Assembly: GCA_964589835.1 (NCBI GenBank)
Contig: CAZPUU010000002.1
Span: 1 to 43,575, forward strand
Source: an uncultured Gammaproteobacteria bacterium
GTDB taxonomy: Bacteria > Patescibacteriota > Microgenomatia > Levybacterales > GWA1-39-11
Length of the DNA stretch: 43,575 nucleotides
Reading direction: 5' to 3'
The position numbers and the translations under genes were made by a program. Of the stretch, positions 1-10,202 are shown piece after piece (within the stretch, counting starts at the first letter, position 1; each line of letters begins with the position of its first letter). The notes under the pieces are model-generated. The model ran no database searches and was not told the DNA's origin. It saw only the letters and a program-made list of their open reading frames with translations.

Positions 1-60
1 GAGCTACAGGTCCAATTGTTTTTTATTGTAACCTACAAACCGGAGACTATAAACTACTAA

Positions 61-1383
61 CTACACCTTAGTCGTGTGTTCGACATTGTAGAATCTGATG
101 CGGTCTCCCCTAAAGAGGAGTTCTTTTTCCCCCACAGGACCATTTCTGTGTTTTGCGACCAAAACATTTACTATTCTTTGAGAGGTGAATTCTTCGTCGG
201 GGGAGTAAAGGAACATAACTACATCTGCATCCTGCTCGATCGCTCCCGATTCCCGAAGATCTGCAAGCTGTGGCTTTCCCCCACCCCGCTGCTCGACGGC
301 ACGGGAAAGTTGCGAAAGGCCAAGGACCGGAATTTTTAGCTCTCTCGCCATATTTTTCAGACTCTGGGAGACATAAGACACTTCATTCACCCTGTTCTCA
401 AATTTCTTCCCGGGATTTGCCAGCTGTAAATAGTCGACGATGAGAAGTTTTAGGTTGTGTTCGGACTGCAGACGGCGCGCCTTTGTCCGTATTTCAGGGA
501 TCGACAATCCCGGCGTATCATCGATAAAAATAGGCGCTTCTGCAAGCTGCCCCATCGCAACTGAGAGCTTATCATAATCATCTTCAGAAAGTTTTCCTGT
601 CTTCAATTTCCATGCATCGATATCACTTTGAGATACCAAAAGACGGTCAACAAGCTCTTCTTTACTCATTTCAAGCGAAAACACTCCAACCGCTTGCTTG
701 TTGTTGATTGCCACATGCTGGGCAATGTTAATTGCAAAAGCTGTTTTTCCCTGACCGGGACGTGCAGCAAGAATTATCAAATTCGATGCCTGAAATCCGG
801 ACAACAGATTGTCAAGATCGGTAAATCCTGTCTGAACTCCCCGAATTCCTTCACCCGTTTTCTGAAGCTCTTCAAGCCTGTCAAAACTTGCCGAAAGAGT
901 TTCTTTAATATGAACAAATCCTTGGCGTATATGCTCCTGAGAAATTTTAAATATTTGCTGCTCGGAATTAGAGAGTATTTCAACGGCCTCCCTCTCGTCG
1001 CTGAACGCCCCCTGGCTTATCTCGCCGCTTATTTGTATCAAGCTTCGTCTTACATATTTTTCTCTAATAATTCCGGCATAATACTCGCTATTTGCGGCGG
1101 TCGGAACGACAGTTGTTAATGAAGTAAGATACGCACTCCCACCTACCCGATCGTAAAGTTTTTTCTTTTTAAGAACGTCTGTTAAGGTTAAAAGGTCTAT
1201 CGGCTTTCTGTCTTCGTAAAGGGAAAGCATAGCCTCATAGATATTGCTGTGTCTTTCATCATAAAAATTGTCGGGGGAAATGAGTTGACTGACTGAAATA
1301 ATCGCGTCTTTATCGATAAGAATTGCACCCAGAACGGCCTGCTCGGCATCATCATCATGAGGAGGAATACGTACAACTGCCAT
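61..1383 (-). CDS. dnaB: replicative DNA helicase DnaB
   Basis: 440-aa ORF. N-terminal PPHDDDAEQAVLGAIL signature, Walker A ARPGQGKTAF, LLIVDYLQL Walker B-like motif. Confidence 0.95.
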   Translation of the reverse strand: MAVVRIPPHDDDAEQAVLGAILIDKDAIISVSQLISPDNFYDERHSNIYEAMLSLYEDRKPIDLLTLTDVLKKKKLYDRVGGSAYLTSLTTVVPTAANSEYYAGIIREKYVRRSLIQISGEISQGAFSDEREAVEILSNSEQQIFKISQEHIRQGFVHIKETLSASFDRLEELQKTGEGIRGVQTGFTDLDNLLSGFQASNLIILAARPGQGKTAFAINIAQHVAINNKQAVGVFSLEMSKEELVDRLLVSQSDIDAWKLKTGKLSEDDYDKLSVAMGQLAEAPIFIDDTPGLSIPEIRTKARRLQSEHNLKLLIVDYLQLANPGKKFENRVNEVSYVSQSLKNMARELKIPVLGLSQLSRAVEQRGGGKPQLADLRESGAIEQDADVVMFLYSPDEEFTSQRIVNVLVAKHRNGPVGEKELLFRGDRIRFYNVEHTTKV

Positions 1384-1462
1384 AGGTTAGAATAAAGTAT
1401 CAAGTAAAAAGTATTAAGGGGAAAGGCATCTTAATACTTAATTCTAACTCCTTAATTCTGTT

Positions 1463-1960
1463 TTACTTTTTTTCAAGATACACAACATTTCCTTCAATTT
1501 CTTCTCTTTTCTTAAGATTTACTTTTGCCACCCTCTTTTCCTTCAGAGTCTCGGGGATAAAATCTTCACTTCCATAAACAACAACCAACTTTGAAGAAAG
1601 AGCAGCAAGCGCCGCTTCATCAACGGAAGTGACTGCCTTTACGACGACCACGTCGTACTCGTCTTCATCGGTAAGCTTTGAAATGGAGTTTGATGAGGCA
1701 ATCAAAGCACGGCCCTCAGATGTGTCTATTGAATAGATCGTATCATTTTCCGGCCGTGAACCTTTGATAAGAATTCCACTTGCCTCGTAGTCTCCGGGTC
1801 CGAAGATCACAAGGTTATCATCTGTTTGAGTAATATTTTGATCCGATCCGTCACTGAGAATAATTATTTTTGCGTCCTCTGAAGCATCAGGATCAATCAG
1901 GATATATCCTCTCTTTGAGCTGATTTTCAAACAATTTACGATTGGCGATGAAAGTTCCAT
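1463..1960 (-). CDS. hypothetical protein
   Basis: ORF 1463..2017; the internal ATG at 1958-1960 (MELSSPIV...) is preferred over the upstream alternative start. No catalytic motif recognised; it faintly resembles small degenerate MBL-fold proteins (YILIDP, GPGDYEASG) but lacks HxHxDH. Confidence 0.5.
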   Translation of the reverse strand: MELSSPIVNCLKISSKRGYILIDPDASEDAKIIILSDGSDQNITQTDDNLVIFGPGDYEASGILIKGSRPENDTIYSIDTSEGRALIASSNSISKLTDEDEYDVVVVKAVTSVDEAALAALSSKLVVVYGSEDFIPETLKEKRVAKVNLKKREEIEGNVVYLEKK

Positions 1961-2118
1961 ATTTAAAATGTTTTCTATCTTACCATTAACTCTACTTCCT
2001 TGACAAGATGGGCGCAATTTACTAATATCGTTAAGCGTCTTGCGGCCTCGAATTTATATTAATTTGATTATTCCTTTTGGAATACAAATTACTTAAGATA
2101 GTACTCTGCCCTGGGATT

Positions 2119-2550
2119 ATGAAAGAAAGATTAATAATTATTTTTGTTGCCATTATAGCCGGACTCTTTATAACGTCTGCTGGTTTTTTTATTTATCAGA
2201 CAACGAAGAGTCAAAAAGACACTCCCCCCGTTGAAAAACAGGCAGTAGTAACCCCCACCGAGGAAAAGAAAAATGACGGCAGCGTTTTTGTAAAGGTAGC
2301 CGAGCCAAGAGATGAGATCATAACTCAAAAAAGGACTCTTGTCGTAAAGGGCTCAACCAATCCGGCTAATATTGTAGTTGTTTCAACCAACATAGAAGAC
2401 ATGGAAGTAAAACCGACTCAGGAGGGAGAGTTTTCGGTCTCGATCGATATTGACGCAGGAGCAAATCCCGTAATAACAAGGGCAATCGCACCTGACGGAA
2501 GTGTCGCGCAAGACATCAGAACTATTACCTATTCGACAGAAGACTTTTAG
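2119..2550 (+). CDS. membrane-anchored hypothetical protein
   Basis: The ORF track starts at a TTG (2077); the ATG at 2119 gives MKERLIIIFVAIIAGLFITSAGFFIY, an N-terminal TM helix followed by a soluble domain. Confidence 0.55.
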   Translation: MKERLIIIFVAIIAGLFITSAGFFIYQTTKSQKDTPPVEKQAVVTPTEEKKNDGSVFVKVAEPRDEIITQKRTLVVKGSTNPANIVVVSTNIEDMEVKPTQEGEFSVSIDIDAGANPVITRAIAPDGSVAQDIRTITYSTEDF

Positions 2551-2587
2551 AAAAATTATACAAATATAAATAATAAAAAAATTTAAT

Positions 2588-3346
2588 ATGAAAAAGTTGA
2601 TACTTGTTTCTTTGTTGATATTGCTTGTTATAAGTAATAACTTACAACCCGTTGACGCAGCAACCCCAACTCCTGCGAAAGAAAAGGCAGCATCAACACC
2701 CTCCCCTTCCCCTTCAAATAGTGAAATCCCAAAAAGTACCGACATTGAAAAAATACAACGCATCAAGGATTTGGTCGCTTCTAAAGTTGCAGAGCTTAAT
2801 CTTGTTGAGAAAAGGGGAATAATCGGCACTATCCGCGAAGTAACTAATATGAAAATCGCAATTACGGACATTAAAGGCTCCATCCGTCAAATCGATGTCG
2901 ATGAGCTAACAAAATTCAATATTACAAAATCATCATCCGGAATATCCGATCTTGAAAAAGGAAAGATGTACGCCTTCATCGGGTTATACAATAAAGATAC
3001 AAAAAAACTCCTTGCCAGGGTTATTAACAATACCAATTCAATTCCTGTCCATTTTGAAGGGGCGGTAACGTCAATCGACAGCAAAAAATATCAACTCACC
3101 GCCGTAGACCAAAAAGGAACAAAGAAAAAAATAGATATCGAAAGTTCAACGAAAACCACGCTGGCTGACTCTGAGGGAGACCTTACAAAATCTGGCTTTT
3201 CAAAAATAGAAACCAATAAAAGAATTCTTGCAATCGGATTTGCAGATCAAAAGGATAAAGACCTTATCACAGCTCTTCGCATAATTCATTTTGAGAACAT
3301 CCCACCTTCAAAAGAAATGCAGTCTCACGTAAAAATTGAGGAATAA
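2588..3346 (+). CDS. secreted hypothetical protein with signal peptide
   Basis: 252-aa ORF. MKKLILVSLLILLVISNNLQPVDA signal-like N-terminus followed by a Pro/Ser/Thr-rich linker. Confidence 0.6.
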   Translation: MKKLILVSLLILLVISNNLQPVDAATPTPAKEKAASTPSPSPSNSEIPKSTDIEKIQRIKDLVASKVAELNLVEKRGIIGTIREVTNMKIAITDIKGSIRQIDVDELTKFNITKSSSGISDLEKGKMYAFIGLYNKDTKKLLARVINNTNSIPVHFEGAVTSIDSKKYQLTAVDQKGTKKKIDIESSTKTTLADSEGDLTKSGFSKIETNKRILAIGFADQKDKDLITALRIIHFENIPPSKEMQSHVKIEE

Positions 3347-3360
3347 ACACCGTTTGTCAA

Positions 3361-4746
3361 TTAAATTTTCCTGAGGATTTTTGGTTTTCCTTTTTTCTGA
3401 TCCAACACTTCAAACCCCATGCCTTCAATTTTTTGCCGTATTTGATCGGCGAGCATATACCTTCCTTCTTTACGCAATTTTTCACGTTCGTTTGAAAGTT
3501 CCAAAACTTTTTCCGGAATATCTGCAATTTTTTGGGCAATTTCAAATATATTGAATCCCAAAACTTCATCCATCCGAGTCAATGCTCCGGCTTTTTGAGC
3601 ATCGGATATTTTGCTGTCTCTTACCATCTCCCACATGATGGAAAGTGCTCTTGGCATGTTCAAGTCTTGATTTAGCACGTGTAAGAATTCGACTTCATAC
3701 TTATCGGCGTACCCTTCTGCCTCTGGAAGTTTGCCTGCGATTTCGTAAAGCTTTTTAAGTGCTGTGGCTGCCCCTTCAAGCGCTTCAAAAGTGAAATTCA
3801 TTTTCGCCCGGTAATGCGTCTGGTACGTAAGATACCGGAAAGCCAAAGGATTAAAACCCTTTCCTATCAGGTCAGATAGGATAAAAACATTACCCTTGGA
3901 CCGGGACATTTTTTCCTCATCAACTGATAGAAAACTGGTGTGAACCCACGTATTCACAAATTTTTCTCCGGTAAAACTTTCAGATTGAGCAATTTCATCT
4001 TCGTGATGAGGAAAAACAAGATCTTCTCCTCCTGCGTGAATGTCTAAAGATATTCCTAAATATTTCATCGACATAACACTACACTCAATATGCCAACCTG
4101 GAACGCCCTGACCCCAAGGAGATTGCCATGACATCACTCTGTCCTCAGCTTTTTTCCACAATGCAAAATCGGCACTGTCTTTCTTGTCGGTCTCGACGCT
4201 CACTCTCACCGCCTCTAAGAGTTGATCCATTTTATCTAAAGTATTTCCTGACAGTTTTCCGTAATCCGCAAATTTTTCAACCTTAAAGTAAACATTTCCG
4301 CCGGTTTCATACGCGTATCCTTTATTTATCAACACCTTTATCACTTCGATCATTTCTTCGATGTGATCCGAGGCTTTCGGCATGACATCATGCTCCAAAA
4401 TATTTAGTTTTGCCGCGTCTTTAAGAAATTTGTCTGTGTATATTTTTGAAAGCTCCAGAGGCGTAATTTGAAGCTTCTGGGCTTCTTCAACAACCGGATC
4501 AATAACCTTATTGCTGTCTTTTGAAAATCTGAAATGACCTACGTCGGTTATATTCATGACAGACGTTACCTCATACTCATTTGCTCTAAGAACCCGACGC
4601 AAAATATCCGTTGTCAGATAGGTCCGTAGATTTCCTATGTGAATATCCCTGTATACGGTCGGTCCACACGTATAAAGAGTTACTTTTTTGCCGTTTATTG
4701 GTGTAAATTCACCTAATTGCTTTGTAAATGTATTATAGAGTTGCAT
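3361..4746 (-). CDS. cysS: cysteinyl-tRNA synthetase
   Basis: 461 aa. Class I HIGN motif (DIHIGNLRTY), KMSRSKGN (KMSKS variant) and overall CysRS layout. Confidence 0.95.
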   Translation of the reverse strand: MQLYNTFTKQLGEFTPINGKKVTLYTCGPTVYRDIHIGNLRTYLTTDILRRVLRANEYEVTSVMNITDVGHFRFSKDSNKVIDPVVEEAQKLQITPLELSKIYTDKFLKDAAKLNILEHDVMPKASDHIEEMIEVIKVLINKGYAYETGGNVYFKVEKFADYGKLSGNTLDKMDQLLEAVRVSVETDKKDSADFALWKKAEDRVMSWQSPWGQGVPGWHIECSVMSMKYLGISLDIHAGGEDLVFPHHEDEIAQSESFTGEKFVNTWVHTSFLSVDEEKMSRSKGNVFILSDLIGKGFNPLAFRYLTYQTHYRAKMNFTFEALEGAATALKKLYEIAGKLPEAEGYADKYEVEFLHVLNQDLNMPRALSIMWEMVRDSKISDAQKAGALTRMDEVLGFNIFEIAQKIADIPEKVLELSNEREKLRKEGRYMLADQIRQKIEGMGFEVLDQKKGKPKILRKI

Positions 4747-4902
4747 GAGGTTAATTATACCTGATTTGAGGTAAAGTTGAAAGGCTGACTATTTTTCCGG
4801 TGCTAAAAAGGCAGTTATGCTCCGCTCTATTTCTTCAAGTGAGAGCCCTTTTTTTAAGCCGCCTTCAACAAGAGCATTGTAAATTACTTTTGCTTGTTCA
4901 AT

Positions 4903-5835
4903 TCACATCCCAATATTGTCGCCAATAACTCCGTCAAAATCTACGAACACCAATGCGTCCTTGAATATATCATTGAACCCGGGATCCAAAAGTTGTGCAA
5001 ATGAGTCGATGGCATGGAGCTCTTCACGCTGACGGATATAGTCTTCCCATGTCCCACTTGATCCCTCAGCTTGCGCTTGTGCATTCTGTCCCTCACGGCT
5101 ATATGCAGCCCATATGGGAATTACCTCAAACTGAGAACTCTCATTTCCGAATTTCTCCCGTAATGTTTTCTTAGCCTTGTCAAAATTCTTTACCGAATCC
5201 TCAATAATAACAATCTTCGTCTTCTCTTCCTCAGCTTTGTCCCCTACAAATTCGGAAAGCCTGTCAAATTTATCATCGTCTACCATATAAGCTGTTTTGT
5301 TAGCCAATTCCTTTGCCCTTTCGGGGTACTTACGCACTAATCCTTTAATAAATGACGGGATTATTCCTGATTTGTCTATTTTTCCTGCCTGATACCCGGT
5401 TGCTGCAACATCTCCTGTTGACCAAAGGACAACCCCCTTTACTTCGTCGGCCCTTACGTCAATAAGTGTTTCCAGATTTTCACGCACATGAGGATAAACA
5501 AACGGGCGCATGTCAATCGAGTGAAGTCCTGAAATCATGCGGTTCTCAAAAAATGAAAACTCCTCGTCACTCTTTTCCTCATCAGAATTACCACCAAAGA
5601 CATTTACCCAAAGCCGCTTTGCATATTCGTGATAATCCATAAATCCATCTCTTTCGACGTCTGACTGAAGGGTAAAAAAATATGAGGACAATTCATTGGT
5701 TAGCGGGGGGATCTGGTCCCCATCGGGAGGCGTAACACCATCTACAACAGCATTAGCTGCGCCGAAATGATCACGAGCATAAGCATGTGCATCTTTATAT
5801 GCCGAGAAAATTACTCTTTCTCTTACTTCTACCAT
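4903..5835 (-). CDS. HAD-superfamily-like hypothetical protein
   Basis: 310 aa. VVLWSTGD, MVDDDKF and VIIEDS motifs are HAD-like, but the DxDG motif (FVDFDGVIGDN) sits at the extreme C-terminus. Ends in TGA, with an in-frame open extension to 4792. Confidence 0.6.
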   Translation of the reverse strand: MVEVRERVIFSAYKDAHAYARDHFGAANAVVDGVTPPDGDQIPPLTNELSSYFFTLQSDVERDGFMDYHEYAKRLWVNVFGGNSDEEKSDEEFSFFENRMISGLHSIDMRPFVYPHVRENLETLIDVRADEVKGVVLWSTGDVAATGYQAGKIDKSGIIPSFIKGLVRKYPERAKELANKTAYMVDDDKFDRLSEFVGDKAEEEKTKIVIIEDSVKNFDKAKKTLREKFGNESSQFEVIPIWAAYSREGQNAQAQAEGSSGTWEDYIRQREELHAIDSFAQLLDPGFNDIFKDALVFVDFDGVIGDNIGM

Positions 5836-5895
5836 AGCGGTATTATATCAAGGGAATTGTTTATTGAAAATTTCGACTGACAAATGGAAGGTTTT

Positions 5896-7188
5896 TTACT
5901 TCGAAAGCTCCTGGACTGCGCGCACGACCTGATTATCCATGTGGTCTAACATTTTCGATGAGGCAGAAGCATCATACGAAACAGCAACATCCGGAGTAAG
6001 CCCTTTCCCATGCACCCAATTTTCTTTTGGAGTAAGCCACTTGGCTATAGAAATGTGGACACTTGCTCCGCCATCAACATCAACAGCCTCTTGCACCGTT
6101 CCTTTTCCGAAAGATTGTTCACCGATAAGCTTTGCACGTTTATAGTCTTGCAAAGCACCACTTACAATTTCTGATGCTGATGCCGAACCCTTGTTAATAA
6201 GCACAACAAGAGGCGTATCTAATAGCACTCCCGTCCTATTTACATCCATCGACTCGGTATGACCATTTCCGTCTCTTTGCTTAACGATTGGTCCACTCTT
6301 TATAAATTCTGAGGCAATATACACCGCATCATGCATATACCCGCCGGGGTTATTTCTTACATCAAGGATAATTCCTTTGAAATTCTTAGCTTTTTGTATC
6401 TGAGGCATAATCTTATTCACTGCCTCGAGCCACTCCCTATTAGTGTTATCGCCAAATTGAGATATCCTGACATATGCAACAGATGGACAATTGGCACAAC
6501 CCGTCGCATCTTCGCAAATACTGTTTTTAGAACAATCCAACTGCTTTACCCAGCTTGTTATGCTCTTCACAACAATTGCATCTCTCACTATTGTTACCTC
6601 TTTCTGCTCTTTCTCTTTTGGATGGATAATAGTAATAGTAACCTTGGTACCTTTCTTTCCGCGTATGTGGTCTACCGCTTCCTGAATACCCCATCCTGCG
6701 GTTGATTTACCATCCACCCTTGCAATGATATCCCCGCTTTTAACTCCTGCTTTCTCTGCCGGTGAACCATCGAGAGGCGCAACAACAATAATCTGACTTT
6801 GGTCGTTTTGAGATAATTCAGCACCAATACCCGAGAACTCCCCTGCCAGTTGCTCTTTAAATTCAGTGTTTTGTTTTGGAGGAAAATATGAGGTATACGG
6901 ATCTCCAAGACTTGCTACCATACCCGAGATTGCACCATTCACCATTTTCGTCGCGTCGATTTTAGACTTGTCAAAATACTTTAGATTGAGCTTTTCGACT
7001 ACATCATAAAATACGTGCATGTCCAGATTTTTTGGATCCGGAGGGTTTTGATCGGTAATTCCGATTATCGGCTTGTACTTTTCCCATTTTGCAGAAATCT
7101 TATAATTCCCCAGAACAAATCCAATTCCGACCGAGATCAGAACAATAACGAGAAGCTGGAACACCCGAAGTTTGAGTTGTACTTTCAT
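5896..7188 (-). CDS. ctpA: carboxy-terminal processing protease (peptidase S41) with PDZ domain
   Basis: 430 aa. N-terminal TM anchor, PDZ-like GDIIARVDGKS, S41 catalytic region NKGSASASEIVSGALQD. Confidence 0.9.
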   Translation of the reverse strand: MKVQLKLRVFQLLVIVLISVGIGFVLGNYKISAKWEKYKPIIGITDQNPPDPKNLDMHVFYDVVEKLNLKYFDKSKIDATKMVNGAISGMVASLGDPYTSYFPPKQNTEFKEQLAGEFSGIGAELSQNDQSQIIVVAPLDGSPAEKAGVKSGDIIARVDGKSTAGWGIQEAVDHIRGKKGTKVTITIIHPKEKEQKEVTIVRDAIVVKSITSWVKQLDCSKNSICEDATGCANCPSVAYVRISQFGDNTNREWLEAVNKIMPQIQKAKNFKGIILDVRNNPGGYMHDAVYIASEFIKSGPIVKQRDGNGHTESMDVNRTGVLLDTPLVVLINKGSASASEIVSGALQDYKRAKLIGEQSFGKGTVQEAVDVDGGASVHISIAKWLTPKENWVHGKGLTPDVAVSYDASASSKMLDHMDNQVVRAVQELSK

Positions 7189-7333
7189 AAATAATTCTCT
7201 ATCTTAAGTAATGCTCACTCTAGAATGGGATTTTCGGCTTAAATATAGCTTAAATTGACCACGACAATTGCGAACGTAGCAATAATAATACTATTTTTCG
7301 GATGAATTCTTCAAGAAGCAAACAACAAAATTG

Positions 7334-7579
7334 TTATTCTGCCCGTACAATGAACGGAAGAAGCGCGAGCAAACGTGCTCTTTTTACAGCTGTCGTGAGT
7401 TTTCTTTGATGCTTACTGCAAACACCGGTTCTTTGCCTGCTTTGGATTTTTCCTCTTTCAGAAATAAATTTCTTAAGAGTTTCATAATCCAAAAAGTCAG
7501 GATTCTTTTTTTCCTTACAGAAAAAACACTCTTTTGCGACTTCCTGCATTCTTCTCTTTTTTATTATTTTCTTTTTCAT
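7334..7579 (-). CDS. rpsR: 30S ribosomal protein S18
   Basis: 81 aa. [48 protein letters not shown] is a typical S18 core. Sits in the S6-SSB-S18 cluster. Confidence 0.9.
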   Translation of the reverse strand: MKKKIIKKRRMQEVAKECFFCKEKKNPDFLDYETLKKFISERGKIQSRQRTGVCSKHQRKLTTAVKRARLLALLPFIVRAE

Positions 7580-7606
7580 ATTAGCTTTTGTCTTATTACT
7601 TTTATT

Positions 7607-8086
7607 TTAAAAAGGTATGTCGTCCGGATTTACATCCTCAAACTCCGCTTTTTCTTCAACCTTTTCTTTTTTTGCTTTTTTCACAGGTTTTTCTTCCTGA
7701 TCTTCTGAGGCTTCACCGTATGACATGTCTACCTCATGAACAACGCCCTCTTTTCTCGAGTCAAGAATGATCATGTCATCTATGACTATTTCTGTCGTCG
7801 TTTTTGCCGATCCATCCTGCCCTGTCCAACTTCTCGTCGCGAGCCTTCCCTCAACGTAAACCTTTCTTCCTTTTGTTAAGAGCTGTGAACAAAGTTCACC
7901 AAGTTTGTTCCAGGCAACGATTTTGTGATACTCCGCCTCTTCCTTTTTATCCCCATTGTCAGTTGTCCAAGTTCTGTTGGTAGCAAGTCCAAAGGTGCAA
8001 ACCGCAGTTCCCTGAGGAGTATATCTCAACTCCGGATCCCGCGTCAGATTCCCTATCAGTTGTACCCTATTCAAACTTCGTGCCAT
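7607..8086 (-). CDS. ssb: single-stranded DNA-binding protein
   Basis: 159 aa. OB-fold N-terminus (NRVQLIGNLTRDPELRYTPQG), acidic tail ending DDIPF. Confidence 0.93.
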   Translation of the reverse strand: MARSLNRVQLIGNLTRDPELRYTPQGTAVCTFGLATNRTWTTDNGDKKEEAEYHKIVAWNKLGELCSQLLTKGRKVYVEGRLATRSWTGQDGSAKTTTEIVIDDMIILDSRKEGVVHEVDMSYGEASEDQEEKPVKKAKKEKVEEKAEFEDVNPDDIPF

Positions 8087-8088
8087 AT

Positions 8089-8364
8089 CTAAATTCTCAC
8101 CAAAAGGTGTCTTAATATATCGTCGTTAATTCGGGCTTTGTTCTCAAGTTCTGCAGAAACTGCTACACTTTCGAATTCAAACAATACATAATCACCTTTT
8201 TTCTCACCTTTTATCGGGTAAGCAAACTTTTTCTCGCCAAGATCAACTATTTTATCGTCAGTTATTTTACCACTCCAGCTTTTGATACTTCCCAATAATT
8301 TTTCCTTCGCCTCTTTCTTGAGTTCGCTTTTTAAGATGAGAACGAGCCTATATTTTCTTGACAT
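8089..8364 (-). CDS. rpsF: 30S ribosomal protein S6
   Basis: ORF 8089..8382. The start at ATG 8362-8364 (MSRKYRLVLILK...) matches the usual S6 N-terminus better. Conserved position upstream of ssb-rpsR. Confidence 0.85.
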   Translation of the reverse strand: MSRKYRLVLILKSELKKEAKEKLLGSIKSWSGKITDDKIVDLGEKKFAYPIKGEKKGDYVLFEFESVAVSAELENKARINDDILRHLLVRI

Positions 8365-8496
8365 AATTTGCCTATTATACATGAAGTGAGGCTATAAATT
8401 CAAGCAGAATATACAGCACTTTTTACATCCTGCCGAATACGAAAAAAAGAAGCCGTTATTTTTCCCGCCCCGCCATAACATCGCCTTGCAATTGAT

Positions 8497-8525
8497 TTGA
8501 CATTGTTATTGCCTGGTACTACACT
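8497..8525 (+). promoter_or_regulatory. sigma70-like promoter candidate for the htrA-like gene
   Basis: TTGACA (8497-8502), 17-nt spacer, TACACT (8520-8525), about 65 nt upstream of the ATG at 8590. Confidence 0.35.
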
Positions 8526-8589
8526 AAAAACTGCTAAAAAAAGTGAGCTTTTCAGTAAATTTTAAGTTTTTATTGCTGTAATTTTCACC

Positions 8590-9726
8590 ATGAAAAAACT
8601 CTTCATTCTACTCATCATTCTTTTAATTATTGCGTTTTTCTACGATGGATTAAGCAGATCTAACGTTCTTCCCGGACTTCTTTCTTCTCAAAAAGTAATG
8701 GAGAGCAAAGTGGAACTTCTGCGAGAAGAGTCAAATGTGATAAATGTTGTCAAAGAAGTGAGTCCGAGTGTTATTACAATTGCCATCAAAAATCCGGTCA
8801 CTTCATTCGATACGAGCCCTTTTTCCTTTTTCTTCGATAGAGAACCGAGTCCCGAGCCTGACACAGAAAAAGAGCAGGAACAATATATAGGAACGGGGTT
8901 TGTCATCAAGAAAGAAGGAATTATCGTCACAAACAAGCATGTGGTAAGCTCCCAAACAGAATATACCGTTATTGATGAAAAGGGGAATAAATATGAAGTG
9001 GACAAGATTTACCGTGACCCCTCAAACGATATCGCAATTCTTTCGGTAAAAAATGTCCCTGCAAAAGGGCTTCCCACCATATCCCTCGGAACCTCCTCAA
9101 ATTTACAGGTTGGACAGAGTGTCATCGCCATAGGAACTGCTCTTGGTGAATTTAGAAATACCGTCACAACAGGTGTCGTATCCGGACTGGGCCGTGGGAT
9201 TACCGCCGGAAGCGCATATGAAGGGTTTGCCGAAAGACTGGATAATGTCATACAAACAGACGCAGCAATCAACCCCGGTAATTCCGGAGGGCCGTTACTT
9301 AATGCCCGCGGGCAAGTTATAGGTGTCAATACTGCCGTTTCTTCTCAAGGACAAAATATAGGATTTGCAATTCCTATTGATCTGGTAAAGGATTCTTTGA
9401 ATAATTTCAATCAAACAGGGCAATTCACCCGCCCATACCTAGGGGTCAGTTACAGCATAATTTCAAAAAGAGCCGCACTATTAAACGAACTCCCCCAAGG
9501 CGCACTCATCCAACAGGTTATTCCCGACTCTTCGGCATCCGATGCTCAGATCAAAGTCGGAGACATCTTAACTAAAATCGACGGGGCACAAATCAATGAC
9601 ACTAACGCAACGCTTGCCGTACTGATATCAAAGAAAAAAGTAGGAGATACAATTATTGTAACTATATTCAGAGATGGGGAATCAAAAGACATTGAAGTAA
9701 AACTGAAAGAAGCACCATCACAATAG
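8590..9726 (+). CDS. htrA: HtrA/DegP-family serine protease with PDZ domain
   Basis: 378 aa. N-terminal TM anchor, catalytic triad context TNKHVV / NDIAIL / GNSGGPLL, C-terminal PDZ (VGDILTKIDG). Confidence 0.9.
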   Translation: MKKLFILLIILLIIAFFYDGLSRSNVLPGLLSSQKVMESKVELLREESNVINVVKEVSPSVITIAIKNPVTSFDTSPFSFFFDREPSPEPDTEKEQEQYIGTGFVIKKEGIIVTNKHVVSSQTEYTVIDEKGNKYEVDKIYRDPSNDIAILSVKNVPAKGLPTISLGTSSNLQVGQSVIAIGTALGEFRNTVTTGVVSGLGRGITAGSAYEGFAERLDNVIQTDAAINPGNSGGPLLNARGQVIGVNTAVSSQGQNIGFAIPIDLVKDSLNNFNQTGQFTRPYLGVSYSIISKRAALLNELPQGALIQQVIPDSSASDAQIKVGDILTKIDGAQINDTNATLAVLISKKKVGDTIIVTIFRDGESKDIEVKLKEAPSQ

Positions 9727-9803
9727 ATCATCATCTTTTTTCATTGAAGCTATTACATAAACGCATCATTTACCATTAACCAAGAATCATTTATTATTAG
9801 GGT

Positions 9804-10163
9804 ATGTCTGACAGAAATTCAATTGGTGGAGCTCTTTCCGATCTTGCGAAAGAAACGGTGAAGCAGGTAGTAAGTGCTCCACTTACAATAGCAAAGGGAA
9901 TTCCGGGTCAAGTTGTAAACCGTGACTCTGAGGAAATTGCCGCAAAAAAGAAAGCCGAAAAGGTTGCAACTTTCCACAGAATAAAGGAAATTGAGGCGGA
10001 AATGTCTCAAATCCGAACACAAAATCAACAAAAAGAACAAGCTACTACTCCTTCGTATAAAAAAACCTTGGAGTCGATTGCTTCACGAGGTCACAAAAAA
10101 CTCGACGAAGCCTCACGCCAGGCAATTGGAAAATCCGAACAAGGCCGCAATTTCAAGGGATAA
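9804..10163 (+). CDS. hypothetical protein
   Basis: 119-aa ORF in an otherwise empty intergenic interval. Charged and low-complexity; no motif recognised. Confidence 0.45.
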   Translation: MSDRNSIGGALSDLAKETVKQVVSAPLTIAKGIPGQVVNRDSEEIAAKKKAEKVATFHRIKEIEAEMSQIRTQNQQKEQATTPSYKKTLESIASRGHKKLDEASRQAIGKSEQGRNFKG

Positions 10164-10202
10164 CGGTTTGTTTTCTTTCTACTATCAATTATAATTCCCG
10201 CT

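Noticed and set aside
628-1119. Long antisense ORFs inside confidently assigned genes. Examples: 628..1119 opposite dnaB, 2383..2883, 7331..7708 opposite rpsR/ssb, 12159..12668, 26185..26625, 29612..30106 and 43050..43427.
   Set aside because: Each lies entirely within or opposite a gene with clear family motifs. Their products are low-complexity or hydrophobic-nonsense translations. They are shadow ORFs.
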